This document shows positions 24,456 to 32,000 of a stretch of DNA of 32,000 nt, one piece after another. Under the pieces are notes generated by a model that worked only from the letters and a program-made list of their open reading frames with translations, searched no databases and was not told where the DNA came from. Source of the stretch: Candidatus Nitrospira inopinata (GTDB taxonomy: Bacteria; Nitrospirota; Nitrospiria; Nitrospirales; Nitrospiraceae); assembly GCF_001458695.1 (NCBI RefSeq), contig NZ_LN885086.1:450001-482000 (forward strand). The letters are read 5' to 3'. Position 1 is the first letter of the stretch; each line of letters starts with the position of its first letter. The translations under genes were made by a program, and so were the position numbers.

Positions 24456-24872
24456 TCAATGGCCCTCGCGAACAAGATTCTTATTGACGGCCGGAATCTC
24501 CACGATGACGTCTTGCGTGCCGTCGGGGACGCATTGGCATCCCAATCGGGATTGCAGCGTGGTCATCGGCGCTTCCTCAAGCTGATCGAACTCGTCATCC
24601 GTCCCTTCGTTGCAACTTGCCAACCCCTGTTTGACGATCACATGGCACGTCGAGCAGGCGCAGACCCCCCCGCACACGTGTTCTAAATCCACGCCGTTTC
24701 CCATCGCAATGTCGAGGATGCTTCCGGGAAGCCCCGTCGAGCCGTAGGGGATTTTCGTTGGGTCCACCCTCACCTTTGTGACGGTCCCTCCCGGATGAAC
24801 AAACGTGACGGTGTAACTCGTTGTCGGCAGTTTATAGTCGGCTTTCTCTATATAGGGATTTGTCCCGCCCAT
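24456..24872 (-). CDS. fdx: ISC-type [2Fe-2S] ferredoxin (adrenodoxin-like Fdx) with an N-terminal extension of about 20 aa
   Basis: 138 aa with an ATG preceded by GGAAGGA. The cluster ligands are EHVCGGVCACSTCHV...SRLGCQ. The C-terminus VVEIPAVNKNLVREGH parallels E. coli Fdx VVEIPRYTINHAREH. Confidence 0.85.
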   Translation of the reverse strand: MGGTNPYIEKADYKLPTTSYTVTFVHPGGTVTKVRVDPTKIPYGSTGLPGSILDIAMGNGVDLEHVCGGVCACSTCHVIVKQGLASCNEGTDDEFDQLEEAPMTTLQSRLGCQCVPDGTQDVIVEIPAVNKNLVREGH

Positions 24873-24926
24873 TGATTGATCCTTCCTCTCGGTTAAGATG
24901 GCTAAAATAATATGTTCAACACCGTG

Positions 24927-24997
24927 TTGACAGGGTTTGTCCCTCCATGCTACTTTAAGTGCGACTTTTTTGATCGGAGATCATTATAGTCTCCGAT
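24927..24997 (+). promoter_or_regulatory. Putative iscR promoter plus palindromic operator
   Basis: TTGACA (24927-24932), an 18-nt spacer, then TACTTT (24951-24956). A perfect inverted repeat follows at 24973-24997: ATCGGAGA-N9-TCTCCGAT. It sits just upstream of the iscR ATG at 25027. A TTGATCGG half-site recurs at 25001-25010. Confidence 0.4.
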
Positions 24998-25026
24998 TCA
25001 ATTGATCGGCAATAGAGAATAGAGAG

Positions 25027-25500
25027 ATGCTGAAACTTTCCAAAAAAGCTGATTACGCGCTGATGGCCCTTCAACACATTGCCTCCGTTCAGTTCGGCGA
25101 TGTGACGCCGGGTCGCGTCGTCAATACCAAGGAGATTGCCGAAGAATACAACATCCCTCTGGAGCTGTTGGCCAAGGTGCTCCAAACCCTCTCCAAAAAC
25201 GGTATGATCGAAAGCCATAACGGTCCCAAGGGAGGGTACCTGCTGGCCAGGAGCGCGCGGCACATCACGATCGCGCAGATTCTCGAAAGCATCGAGGGCC
25301 CGTTGGGCCTGACCGACTGTTCCCATGAGAAAACCGGCGAGTTGTGCATGCAGCGGGAACATTGCAACATCCGCACGCCGTTGCTCAAGATCCAAGACAG
25401 TATTTATCAATTGCTCAACAACATGACCTTGCAAGACATGCTGAGCGGAACGCCGCTCATCACGATTCAGTCGCCGTCAGCGGAAGGAGTCGACCGATGA
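25027..25500 (+). CDS. iscR: Rrf2-family Fe-S cluster assembly regulator IscR
   Basis: 157 aa. [19 protein letters not shown] is the Rrf2 winged-helix N-terminus. The three-Cys region is [17 protein letters not shown]. It is the first gene of the isc operon, and its stop overlaps the iscS ATG (ATGA). Confidence 0.85.
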   Translation: MLKLSKKADYALMALQHIASVQFGDVTPGRVVNTKEIAEEYNIPLELLAKVLQTLSKNGMIESHNGPKGGYLLARSARHITIAQILESIEGPLGLTDCSHEKTGELCMQREHCNIRTPLLKIQDSIYQLLNNMTLQDMLSGTPLITIQSPSAEGVDR

Positions 25501-26714
25501 AGCTTCCGATTTTCCTTGATAACCATTCGACCACGCCGATGGACCCCAGGGTCCTGGAGGCCATGCTCCCCTATTTTGTCGAGAAATTCGGCAACGCCGC
25601 GAGCCGCAATCACGCGTTCGGGTGGGAAGCGGAAGAAGCGGTGGAACAGGCCCGCAAACACATCGCCAAACTGATCAACGCCGACGCCAAGGAAATCGTC
25701 TTCACCAGCGGCGCCACCGAATCGGACAACCTGGCGCTCAAGGGCGTGCTGGAAATGTATCGCGAGAAGGGGACCCACATCGTCACGTCGTCCACGGAAC
25801 ATCGGGCCGTGTTGGACACGGCCAAATCGCTGGAGGCCAAAGGCTTGGCGACGGTCACCTACCTGCCGGTCGACAAGTACGGGATGGTCAACCCCGACGA
25901 CGTGCGGAATGCGATCACGGACAAGACCATTTTGATTTCGGTCATGCTGGCCAACAATGAGATCGGCACGATCAACCCCGTCCACGAAATCGGGAAAATC
26001 GCGAAGGCCAAGGGCGTGCTGTTCCATTGCGACGCCACGCAGGGCGTCGGCAAGATTCCGGTGGACGTCCAGGCCATGGGAATCGACTTGATGTCGTTCT
26101 CGGCCCATAAGATTTACGGTCCCAAAGGGGTCGGCGCCCTGTACGTCAGAAAGAAAAATCCGCGCGTGAGGCTCGTGCCTCAGATGGACGGCGGCGGACA
26201 CGAACGAGGGATGAGATCCGGTACCCTGCCGGTTCCCTTGATCGTAGGCTTCGGCAAGGCCTGCGAGCTGTGCGGAGCGGAAATGGCGACGGAAGCGCCG
26301 CGCATCGCCGCCATGCGCGACCGGCTCCAAACCGCGATCATGAACGCATTGGAAGAAAGCTATTTGAACGGCCACCCCACCGAGCGGTTGCCGGGCAACC
26401 TCAATATTTCCTTCGCCTACGTCGAAGGTGAATCGTTGCTGATGGGCATGAAGGACATCGCGCTTTCGTCCGGCTCGGCCTGCACGTCGGCGACGCTGGA
26501 GCCGTCGTACGTGCTGCGCGCCTTGGGCGTCGGAACGGAGCTGGCGCACTCGTCCATCCGCTTCGGCCTGGGCCGCTTCAATACCGACGAGGAAATCGAC
26601 TACGCCATTAAGAAAGTGATCGAGGTCGTGACCAGACTGCGGGAAATGTCCCCGCTCTACGAGATGGCAAAGGAAGGCATCGATCTGAAATCCGTGCAGT
26701 GGGCTGCACATTGA
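25497..26714 (+). CDS. iscS: Cysteine desulfurase IscS
   Basis: The ATG at 25497 lies after GGAAGGAG. The 51 codons upstream in the track overlap iscR. The N-terminus is [27 protein letters not shown]. The PLP lysine motif [12 protein letters not shown] and the active-site SSGSACTS are present. Confidence 0.95.
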   Translation: MKLPIFLDNHSTTPMDPRVLEAMLPYFVEKFGNAASRNHAFGWEAEEAVEQARKHIAKLINADAKEIVFTSGATESDNLALKGVLEMYREKGTHIVTSSTEHRAVLDTAKSLEAKGLATVTYLPVDKYGMVNPDDVRNAITDKTILISVMLANNEIGTINPVHEIGKIAKAKGVLFHCDATQGVGKIPVDVQAMGIDLMSFSAHKIYGPKGVGALYVRKKNPRVRLVPQMDGGGHERGMRSGTLPVPLIVGFGKACELCGAEMATEAPRIAAMRDRLQTAIMNALEESYLNGHPTERLPGNLNISFAYVEGESLLMGMKDIALSSGSACTSATLEPSYVLRALGVGTELAHSSIRFGLGRFNTDEEIDYAIKKVIEVVTRLREMSPLYEMAKEGIDLKSVQWAAH

Positions 26715-26742
26715 ACGACAAAGACAGTCGAAGGAGGATTCT

Positions 26743-27147
26743 ATGGCCTATAGCGATAAAGTCGTCGACCACTTCAACAATCCCCGCAACATGGGATCTT
26801 TTAACAAGGACGAAGAGGGCGTCGGAACCGGCATGGTCGGAGCTCCGGAATGCGGCGACGTCATGAAGCTGCAAATCAAGGTCCAGAACGATCGGATCGT
26901 TGACGCCAAGTTCAAAACGTTCGGTTGCGGCTCGGCCATTGCCAGCTCCAGCCTGGCCACCGAGTGGCTCAAGGGTAAGACGATCGAAGAAGCCGAACAA
27001 ATCAAGAACACGGACATCGTCCAGGAGTTGAACCTCCCGCCGGTGAAGATCCATTGTTCCGTGCTGGCGGAAGACGCCATCAAGGCCGCGCTGGCGGATT
27101 ACCAGAAAAAGGCGGGAACCAAGACGGGAACGGGATCGGCTCAATAA
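26743..27147 (+). CDS. iscU: Fe-S cluster scaffold IscU
   Basis: 134 aa. The motifs MAYSDKVVDHFNNPRN, GAPECGDVMKL, FKTFGCGSAIASSS, LPPVKIHCSVLAEDAI are present, including all three conserved Cys and the LPPVK motif. Confidence 0.95.
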   Translation: MAYSDKVVDHFNNPRNMGSFNKDEEGVGTGMVGAPECGDVMKLQIKVQNDRIVDAKFKTFGCGSAIASSSLATEWLKGKTIEEAEQIKNTDIVQELNLPPVKIHCSVLAEDAIKAALADYQKKAGTKTGTGSAQ

Positions 27148-27172
27148 TCAGCGAGGGAAAAGGAGCGCGCCT

Positions 27173-27529
27173 ATGGATACCTCGAACGCCACAACGTCGG
27201 AACCGGTCATCACGGTGAGCGAGGCCGCGTTGAAAGAAATCAAGCGACTCATGAACGTGCAAGGCATCGAAAGCGGCGGCCTCCGCCTGGGCGTCAAAGG
27301 CGGAGGCTGCTCGGGGCTCAGCTACACGATCAATTTCGACGACAAGATCGGGCCGTACGATCAGGTGATCGAGATGGACGGCGTCAAGGTGATCATCGAC
27401 GCCAAAAGCGCCATCTATTTGCAGGGTACGCAACTTGACTATCAGAAGGACCTGATGGGCGGCAATTTTAAATTCTTGAACCCGAACGCCAACAAAACCT
27501 GCGGATGCGGAGAATCCTTTTCCGCGTAA
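27173..27529 (+). CDS. iscA: A-type Fe-S carrier IscA (HesB family)
   Basis: 118 aa. It has GLRLGVKGGGCSGLSY and the C-terminal CGCGESF motif. Confidence 0.9.
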   Translation: MDTSNATTSEPVITVSEAALKEIKRLMNVQGIESGGLRLGVKGGGCSGLSYTINFDDKIGPYDQVIEMDGVKVIIDAKSAIYLQGTQLDYQKDLMGGNFKFLNPNANKTCGCGESFSA

Positions 27530-27585
27530 GTCGCCCGTCGACTTCCGCCCGGCGCGCGTTCACGTGAGACCGGCTTGGATAAACG

Positions 27586-28299
27586 ATGAATCAACCTTCC
27601 CCCGGCAGCGGTTCCCGCAATGTTCAGATGGCCAGAAGCATGTGCTGGCATTGCCAGTCCGAGGTGGCCGGCGAATACTTTTGTGAACGGTGCGTGAAAG
27701 TTCAGCCGGTTTCGAAAGAGACGGACTACTTCACCTGTCTCGGCCTTCCGCGGCGCTTGGCCATCGATCCCGCCGTCCTGGAGGCCAAGTACTACGAACG
27801 AAGCCGCGCCTTTCACCCGGATTTTTATCTCAACAAGACGGAGGCCGAGCAAGCGATCAGCCTCGACAACGCGGCGACCCTCAACACCGCCTATCGCACC
27901 CTTCGAGATCCCGTTCAACGCGCCGAGTATCTCCTCGATCTGGAAGCCGGCTCGGTCAAGACGATCCGCACGTCGCCTCCCGCGGATCTCTTCGAAGAAA
28001 TTCTCGACCTGCAAGACACGCTCGACGCCTACCGGGCCGGCGATCATTCCTCCGAGACGGGCCGGCAACTCCGCGCGCGGCTCGAAGCCGAGCGCGGGGC
28101 GTTGGAACGGCGTCAAGCGGAAATGGAGGACGAGCTTCAGCGACTCTTCGTCGAATGGGACGCCCTTCAGGACCGAGGCGAAGCCGACGGCCAAGCCCGC
28201 ATGGAACGGGATCGCCTGCTCAGACGCATGCGAGAGATCCTGTCGAATCGGACCTACGTCAAGAACATCGTCAACGACCTCGTTGAAACCATCGGATGA
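27586..28299 (+). CDS. hscB: J-type co-chaperone HscB with an N-terminal tetracysteine motif
   Basis: 237 aa. The J-domain is DYFTCLGLPRRLAIDPAVLEAKYYERSRAFHPD. It is preceded by CWHC-x10-CERC. The exact start is uncertain because the RBS is weak. Confidence 0.85.
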   Translation: MNQPSPGSGSRNVQMARSMCWHCQSEVAGEYFCERCVKVQPVSKETDYFTCLGLPRRLAIDPAVLEAKYYERSRAFHPDFYLNKTEAEQAISLDNAATLNTAYRTLRDPVQRAEYLLDLEAGSVKTIRTSPPADLFEEILDLQDTLDAYRAGDHSSETGRQLRARLEAERGALERRQAEMEDELQRLFVEWDALQDRGEADGQARMERDRLLRRMREILSNRTYVKNIVNDLVETIG

Positions 28300-30125
28300 C
28301 GACCATGGCTCGTATCGTCGGCATCGATCTCGGCACAACCAACTCGCTTGTCGCATACATGGACAAGGGAGTCCCCTGCGTCATCCCCGGCGCCGACGGG
28401 CGGACCATGGTGCCCTCCGTCGTCGCGATGACGGATCACGGCCTCCTCGTCGGCGACGAAGCCAAGGACCATCTGCTGCGCAGCCCAGACCGAACCGTCT
28501 ATTCCATCAAACGATTCATGGGCAAGGGCCTTGTGGACGTGCAGGGTGAATTGGCCTATTTCCCCTACACGCTGACCGAGCAGGGCGGCGTCATCCGCAT
28601 CAAGCTGAACGGCAAAACCTATTCTCCCCCGCAGATCTCCGCGATGATTCTGAAAGAACTGAAACGGCGGGCCGAAGCCTACCTGGAAGAAGACATCACC
28701 AAGGCGGTGATCACCGTTCCGGCCTATTTCAACGACAGCCAGCGCCAAGCCACCAAAGACGCCGGCCTGATCGCCGGGCTGGAAGTCTTGCGGATCATCA
28801 ATGAGCCGACCGCCGCCTCACTCGCCTACGGCCTTCAGGAAAAAACACAGGGAACCATCGCCGTATACGATTTCGGGGGCGGCACCTTCGATATCTCGAT
28901 CCTCAAGTTGAAACAAGGCATCTTCGAAGTCCTGGCCACGAACGGCGACACCCACTTGGGCGGCGACGACATCGACCGCCGGATCGCGAACCTGCTGCTC
29001 GACGAAATCCGCTCCGCTTATGGCCTCGATCTCGGCCCCTGCCCCGACCACATGCAGGCCCTCCGCCTGGAGGCGGAACGGGCCAAGATCCGGTTGTCGG
29101 ACGAACTGAAGACGCTGCTGACCGTCGAGCTGCCCGATGGACGGGGCCGCTTCACCAGGGAGCTGACGCGCGATCAGCTCGAGTCGCTGGTCGCGGACAT
29201 CATCGAGCGCACGCTGGCTCCCTGCCGGTCGGCGCTCAAAGACGCGGGACTCGCCCCCGATCAGATCGACGAAGTGGTGCTGGTCGGCGGATCGACCCGC
29301 ATGCCCCTGGTCAGGCGGCGGGTACAGGAACTGTTCGGCAAACAGCCGCACTGTCATCTCAATCCCGACGAAGTCGTGGCGCTCGGAGCGGCGGTTCAAG
29401 CGGACATTTTGAGCGGAGGCACCACCGACATGCTGCTGCTCGACGTCACGCCGCTGTCCCTCGGCATCGAGACGATGGGCGGCGTCATGAGCTGCCTGAT
29501 TCCCCGCAATACGACGATCCCGGCCAACGCCAAAGAAATGTTCACCACCTACGTGGACGGTCAGACCGGCGTGGACATCCACATTCTTCAGGGCGAACGA
29601 GAGCTGGCGAAGGACAATCGCAGCCTCGCCCGCTTCCGGCTCAAAGTCCCGCCGCTGCCGGCCGGCGTGCCCCGCATCGAAGTCACGTTCTTGATCGACG
29701 CCAACGGCATTCTGCACGTCACCGCCAAGGACATGCGAACCGGCCGGCAACAGTCGATCGAGGTCAAACCCTCGTACGGACTGTCGGAGACCGAAGTGGA
29801 GCGGATGATCGAGGAGTCGTTCAAATTCGCCAAAGAAGACGTCGCCTCCCGCAAGCTCATCGAAGCGAGGCTCGACGCCGGCTCCTTGCTCGCCGCGACG
29901 GAGAAATCCCTTTCGGAGGGCGGTCATCTCGTTCCCGATGACGTCCGGACAGCCGTCCGCGCGGCGGTATCGGCCCTGGCCTCGGCAAAAGAAGGCGACG
30001 ACGTTCGCACGATTCGGGCCCGCATGGCCGAGCTCGAACAGACGGCCAAGCCGCTGTCGGTCGCCCTGATGGACGATTCACTCAAACGAGGCTTGGAAGG
30101 GAAGAGCCTGTCTGACCTGACGTGA
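28296..30125 (+). CDS. hscA: Hsp70-type Fe-S chaperone HscA
   Basis: 609 aa. Motifs GIDLGTTNSLVA, AVITVPAYFNDSQRQATKDAG, DFGGGTFDIS, VVLVGGSTRMP are present. The ATG overlaps the hscB stop (ATGA). Confidence 0.95.
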   Translation: MTTMARIVGIDLGTTNSLVAYMDKGVPCVIPGADGRTMVPSVVAMTDHGLLVGDEAKDHLLRSPDRTVYSIKRFMGKGLVDVQGELAYFPYTLTEQGGVIRIKLNGKTYSPPQISAMILKELKRRAEAYLEEDITKAVITVPAYFNDSQRQATKDAGLIAGLEVLRIINEPTAASLAYGLQEKTQGTIAVYDFGGGTFDISILKLKQGIFEVLATNGDTHLGGDDIDRRIANLLLDEIRSAYGLDLGPCPDHMQALRLEAERAKIRLSDELKTLLTVELPDGRGRFTRELTRDQLESLVADIIERTLAPCRSALKDAGLAPDQIDEVVLVGGSTRMPLVRRRVQELFGKQPHCHLNPDEVVALGAAVQADILSGGTTDMLLLDVTPLSLGIETMGGVMSCLIPRNTTIPANAKEMFTTYVDGQTGVDIHILQGERELAKDNRSLARFRLKVPPLPAGVPRIEVTFLIDANGILHVTAKDMRTGRQQSIEVKPSYGLSETEVERMIEESFKFAKEDVASRKLIEARLDAGSLLAATEKSLSEGGHLVPDDVRTAVRAAVSALASAKEGDDVRTIRARMAELEQTAKPLSVALMDDSLKRGLEGKSLSDLT

Positions 30126-30132
30126 GGCACAG

Positions 30133-30345
30133 ATGAACTTGAAATGGCAGGATGCCGAAGACATCGCGATTCGTTTGGCCGAAGAACATCCGGATACGGA
30201 CCCCCTGACCGTTCGTTTTACCGATCTGCACGCCTGGGTCGTGGCCTTGCCGGAATTTACGGACGATCCCAAGAAATCCAACGAAAAGATTCTCGAAGCG
30301 ATCCAAATGGCCTGGCACGAGGAGTATCAGGACTCGCGATCCTGA
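30133..30345 (+). CDS. iscX: IscX (YfhJ) Fe-S assembly accessory protein
   Basis: 70 aa. MNLKWQDAEDIAIRLAEEHPDTDPLTVRFTDLHAWV...DDPKKSNEKILEAIQMAW is co-linear with E. coli IscX ([36 protein letters not shown]...DDPQASNEKILEAIL). Confidence 0.85.
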   Translation: MNLKWQDAEDIAIRLAEEHPDTDPLTVRFTDLHAWVVALPEFTDDPKKSNEKILEAIQMAWHEEYQDSRS

Positions 30346-30348
30346 CCG

Positions 30349-32000
30349 TCACAGGTCGTTTCCGTCGGTCGCCGACTGCCCTTCCGGAATCTGATCCAAC
30401 TTGTAAAAATCCGTCGGATCGACGCGGCGGCGCGAAGCCTGCGTCGGCTCGCTGCCCTTGACAAAAAGCTCCACTGCTCCGCCGGAGTCCTCGCCGTCCT
30501 GATCGTCCTCCAAGAAACCGGTCGATTCGTCGATTTTCACGAACGTGACGCCGTCGGGAATCTCAAAGGGCACGACGGGAAGCCGATTCAGGGCTTCTTT
30601 CATGAAACCCGTCCAGATCGGCAGGGCCGCGCGGGCGCCGGTTTCGCCGCGGCCGAGCGAGCGGCGATCGTCAAACCCCACGTACACGCCGGCCACCAGG
30701 TTGGGAGCGCCTCCGATGAACCAGGCGTTGATGTAGTCGTTCGTCGTCCCGGTCTTCCCCGCGATCGGACGATTCAAAACCCGCGCGGCCTGCCCCGTTC
30801 CCTTTTGCACCACGTCTTCCATCATGTTGGTGATCAGGTAGGCCGTTTCCTTCGTCATGACCTCGCGCGGCGCCGGCTCGGCCGCTTCCAAGACCTGTCC
30901 CGTATTATCGACCACCGATTTGATGGCGAACGGTTCCGCGCGAACGCCTTGGTTGAGAAAGACCCCGTACACCGCCGTCAGTTCCAACAGCCCGACGGAC
31001 GATGATCCCAGCCCCAAGGAAAGATCGGCCGGCAGCGAACTGGTCACTCCGACCGAGCGGGCGAAGTCGATGACGTTCTTGACACCCACCTTGTCGAGCA
31101 ACCGCACCGTCGCCAGATTGTGCGAGTGCGCCAAGGCGTCGCGCAACGTCACCAGACCGTGAAACTTCCGTTCATAGTTCTCGGGCTTCCAAATTTTGTC
31201 GTCTTCCATCTGTTCATAGACGACCGGGGCGTCGAGAATCCTGGTGCCCGGACTCAATCCTTGATTCATCGCGGTCGCGTAGATGAGCGGCTTGAACGCC
31301 GAACCCGGCTGCCGATGCGCCTGGACCGCCCGATTGTACTCGCTTCGCGAAAAATCGACGCCTCCGACCATGGCGCGAATCGCCCCGCTTCTCGGATCGA
31401 TCGCGATCAAGCCTCCTTCAACGAGCGGCACCTGTTCGAGCGTCAACTGAATCCCGTCCCTGCCGACCTTCTTGACCCCCACGTCGATGACGTCGCCGGG
31501 CTTTACAATCTGCCTGACATTGGAAACCATCACGAAATCAACCGCGGGGTCCGGTCCTTTCAGCACCCGCTTGGCCCACGCCATGTCGTCGAACGCCAAC
31601 CGTCCCGTCTCCGCTCCCACTTGGACCACGAAATGATCCTTCCCCGCTTTCACGACGATCCCTTCGACGATGTCGCCCGGACGAAGCGGCTTGTCGTAGG
31701 ACGCAAGCTGCGCGGGCTGGAGCGTGCCCAGATCCACGGTTCGCTTTGGACCTCGCCACCCCTGACGTTTGTCAAGCTCGCGAACCCCCGAGGCGAACGC
31801 CGCTTCCGCCGCCTTCTGCATGGCTACGTTCAACGTGGTGTGGACTTGCAGACCGCCCTTATACACCATGGTCTCCCCGTATTTCGCCATCAGTACTTGA
31901 CGGACGTATTCGACGAAATACGGAGCCAAATGCTCATTGCCCGGACGGTGAAAGATGAGGGTTTCGGCGGCGGCGGCTTCCCGCTCGGCCGCCGTGATGA
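30349..32000 (-). CDS. mrcA: Class A penicillin-binding protein (PBP1A type); C-terminal part, continues past the window
   Basis: The 'start' at 31929 in the track is a TTG inside an open frame that continues without a stop to base 32000. The segment APYFVEYVRQ..LQVHTTLN is followed by the transpeptidase motifs SAFKP (SxxK), SHN (SxN) and KTGTT (KTG). Confidence 0.9.
   Translation of the reverse strand, partial: ITAAEREAAAAETLIFHRPGNEHLAPYFVEYVRQVLMAKYGETMVYKGGLQVHTTLNVAMQKAAEAAFASGVRELDKRQGWRGPKRTVDLGTLQPAQLASYDKPLRPGDIVEGIVVKAGKDHFVVQVGAETGRLAFDDMAWAKRVLKGPDPAVDFVMVSNVRQIVKPGDVIDVGVKKVGRDGIQLTLEQVPLVEGGLIAIDPRSGAIRAMVGGVDFSRSEYNRAVQAHRQPGSAFKPLIYATAMNQGLSPGTRILDAPVVYEQMEDDKIWKPENYERKFHGLVTLRDALAHSHNLATVRLLDKVGVKNVIDFARSVGVTSSLPADLSLGLGSSSVGLLELTAVYGVFLNQGVRAEPFAIKSVVDNTGQVLEAAEPAPREVMTKETAYLITNMMEDVVQKGTGQAARVLNRPIAGKTGTTNDYINAWFIGGAPNLVAGVYVGFDDRRSLGRGETGARAALPIWTGFMKEALNRLPVVPFEIPDGVTFVKIDESTGFLEDDQDGEDSGGAVELFVKGSEPTQASRRRVDPTDFYKLDQIPEGQSATDGNDL

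Noticed and set aside
25467-29927. Long minus-strand ORFs opposite iscS (25467-26711), hscB (27442-28356) and hscA (28818-29927)
   Set aside because: They are antisense shadows of highly conserved isc genes. Their composition is Arg/Gly/Asp/Val-rich and low in complexity. The sense-strand assignments are unambiguous.
1-32000. CRISPR arrays, rRNA genes, IS elements and other interspersed repeats
   Set aside because: I saw no regularly spaced short direct repeats, no rRNA-like conserved blocks, and no transposase or terminal inverted repeats. The only substantial repeat is the intragenic TolC tract reported above.

Overview
GC-rich (roughly 58-60%) chromosomal segment from a diderm bacterium, inferred from TolC-family, DsbA-like and PBP1A genes. 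I cannot assign a taxon from the sequence alone. Most of the window is housekeeping. It holds purE-purK; a pyruvoyl arginine decarboxylase/agmatinase pair with an aldehyde dehydrogenase; a Glu/Gln decoding cluster (tRNA-Glu, glnS, gltX, two tRNA-Gln); a complete ISC Fe-S operon (iscR-iscS-iscU-iscA-hscB-hscA-iscX) with the isc-type ferredoxin displaced to a divergent position; and a partial PBP1A gene. I saw no rRNA, CRISPR array, transposase or integrase. The most unusual locus is a tightly packed minus-strand operon at 1658-9636. It encodes three tandem TolC-family paralogs, an ABC-exporter-fold protein in which every ATPase motif looks degenerate, and a HlyD-family adaptor. No cargo gene is present, and an NhaR-type LysR regulator is transcribed divergently. 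I do not recognise this combination as a described system and rank it as the best candidate for something new. Secondary items: a 317-bp near-identical gene-conversion tract between two TolC paralogs, a gltX-tRNA-Gln-tRNA-Gln unit in a genome that also encodes GlnRS, two uncharacterised proteins beside tRNA-Glu, an orphan SARP-type regulator, and a long non-coding gap with a 20-bp hairpin. Many long ORFs in the supplied track are antisense artefacts of GC-rich coding DNA and were rejected.
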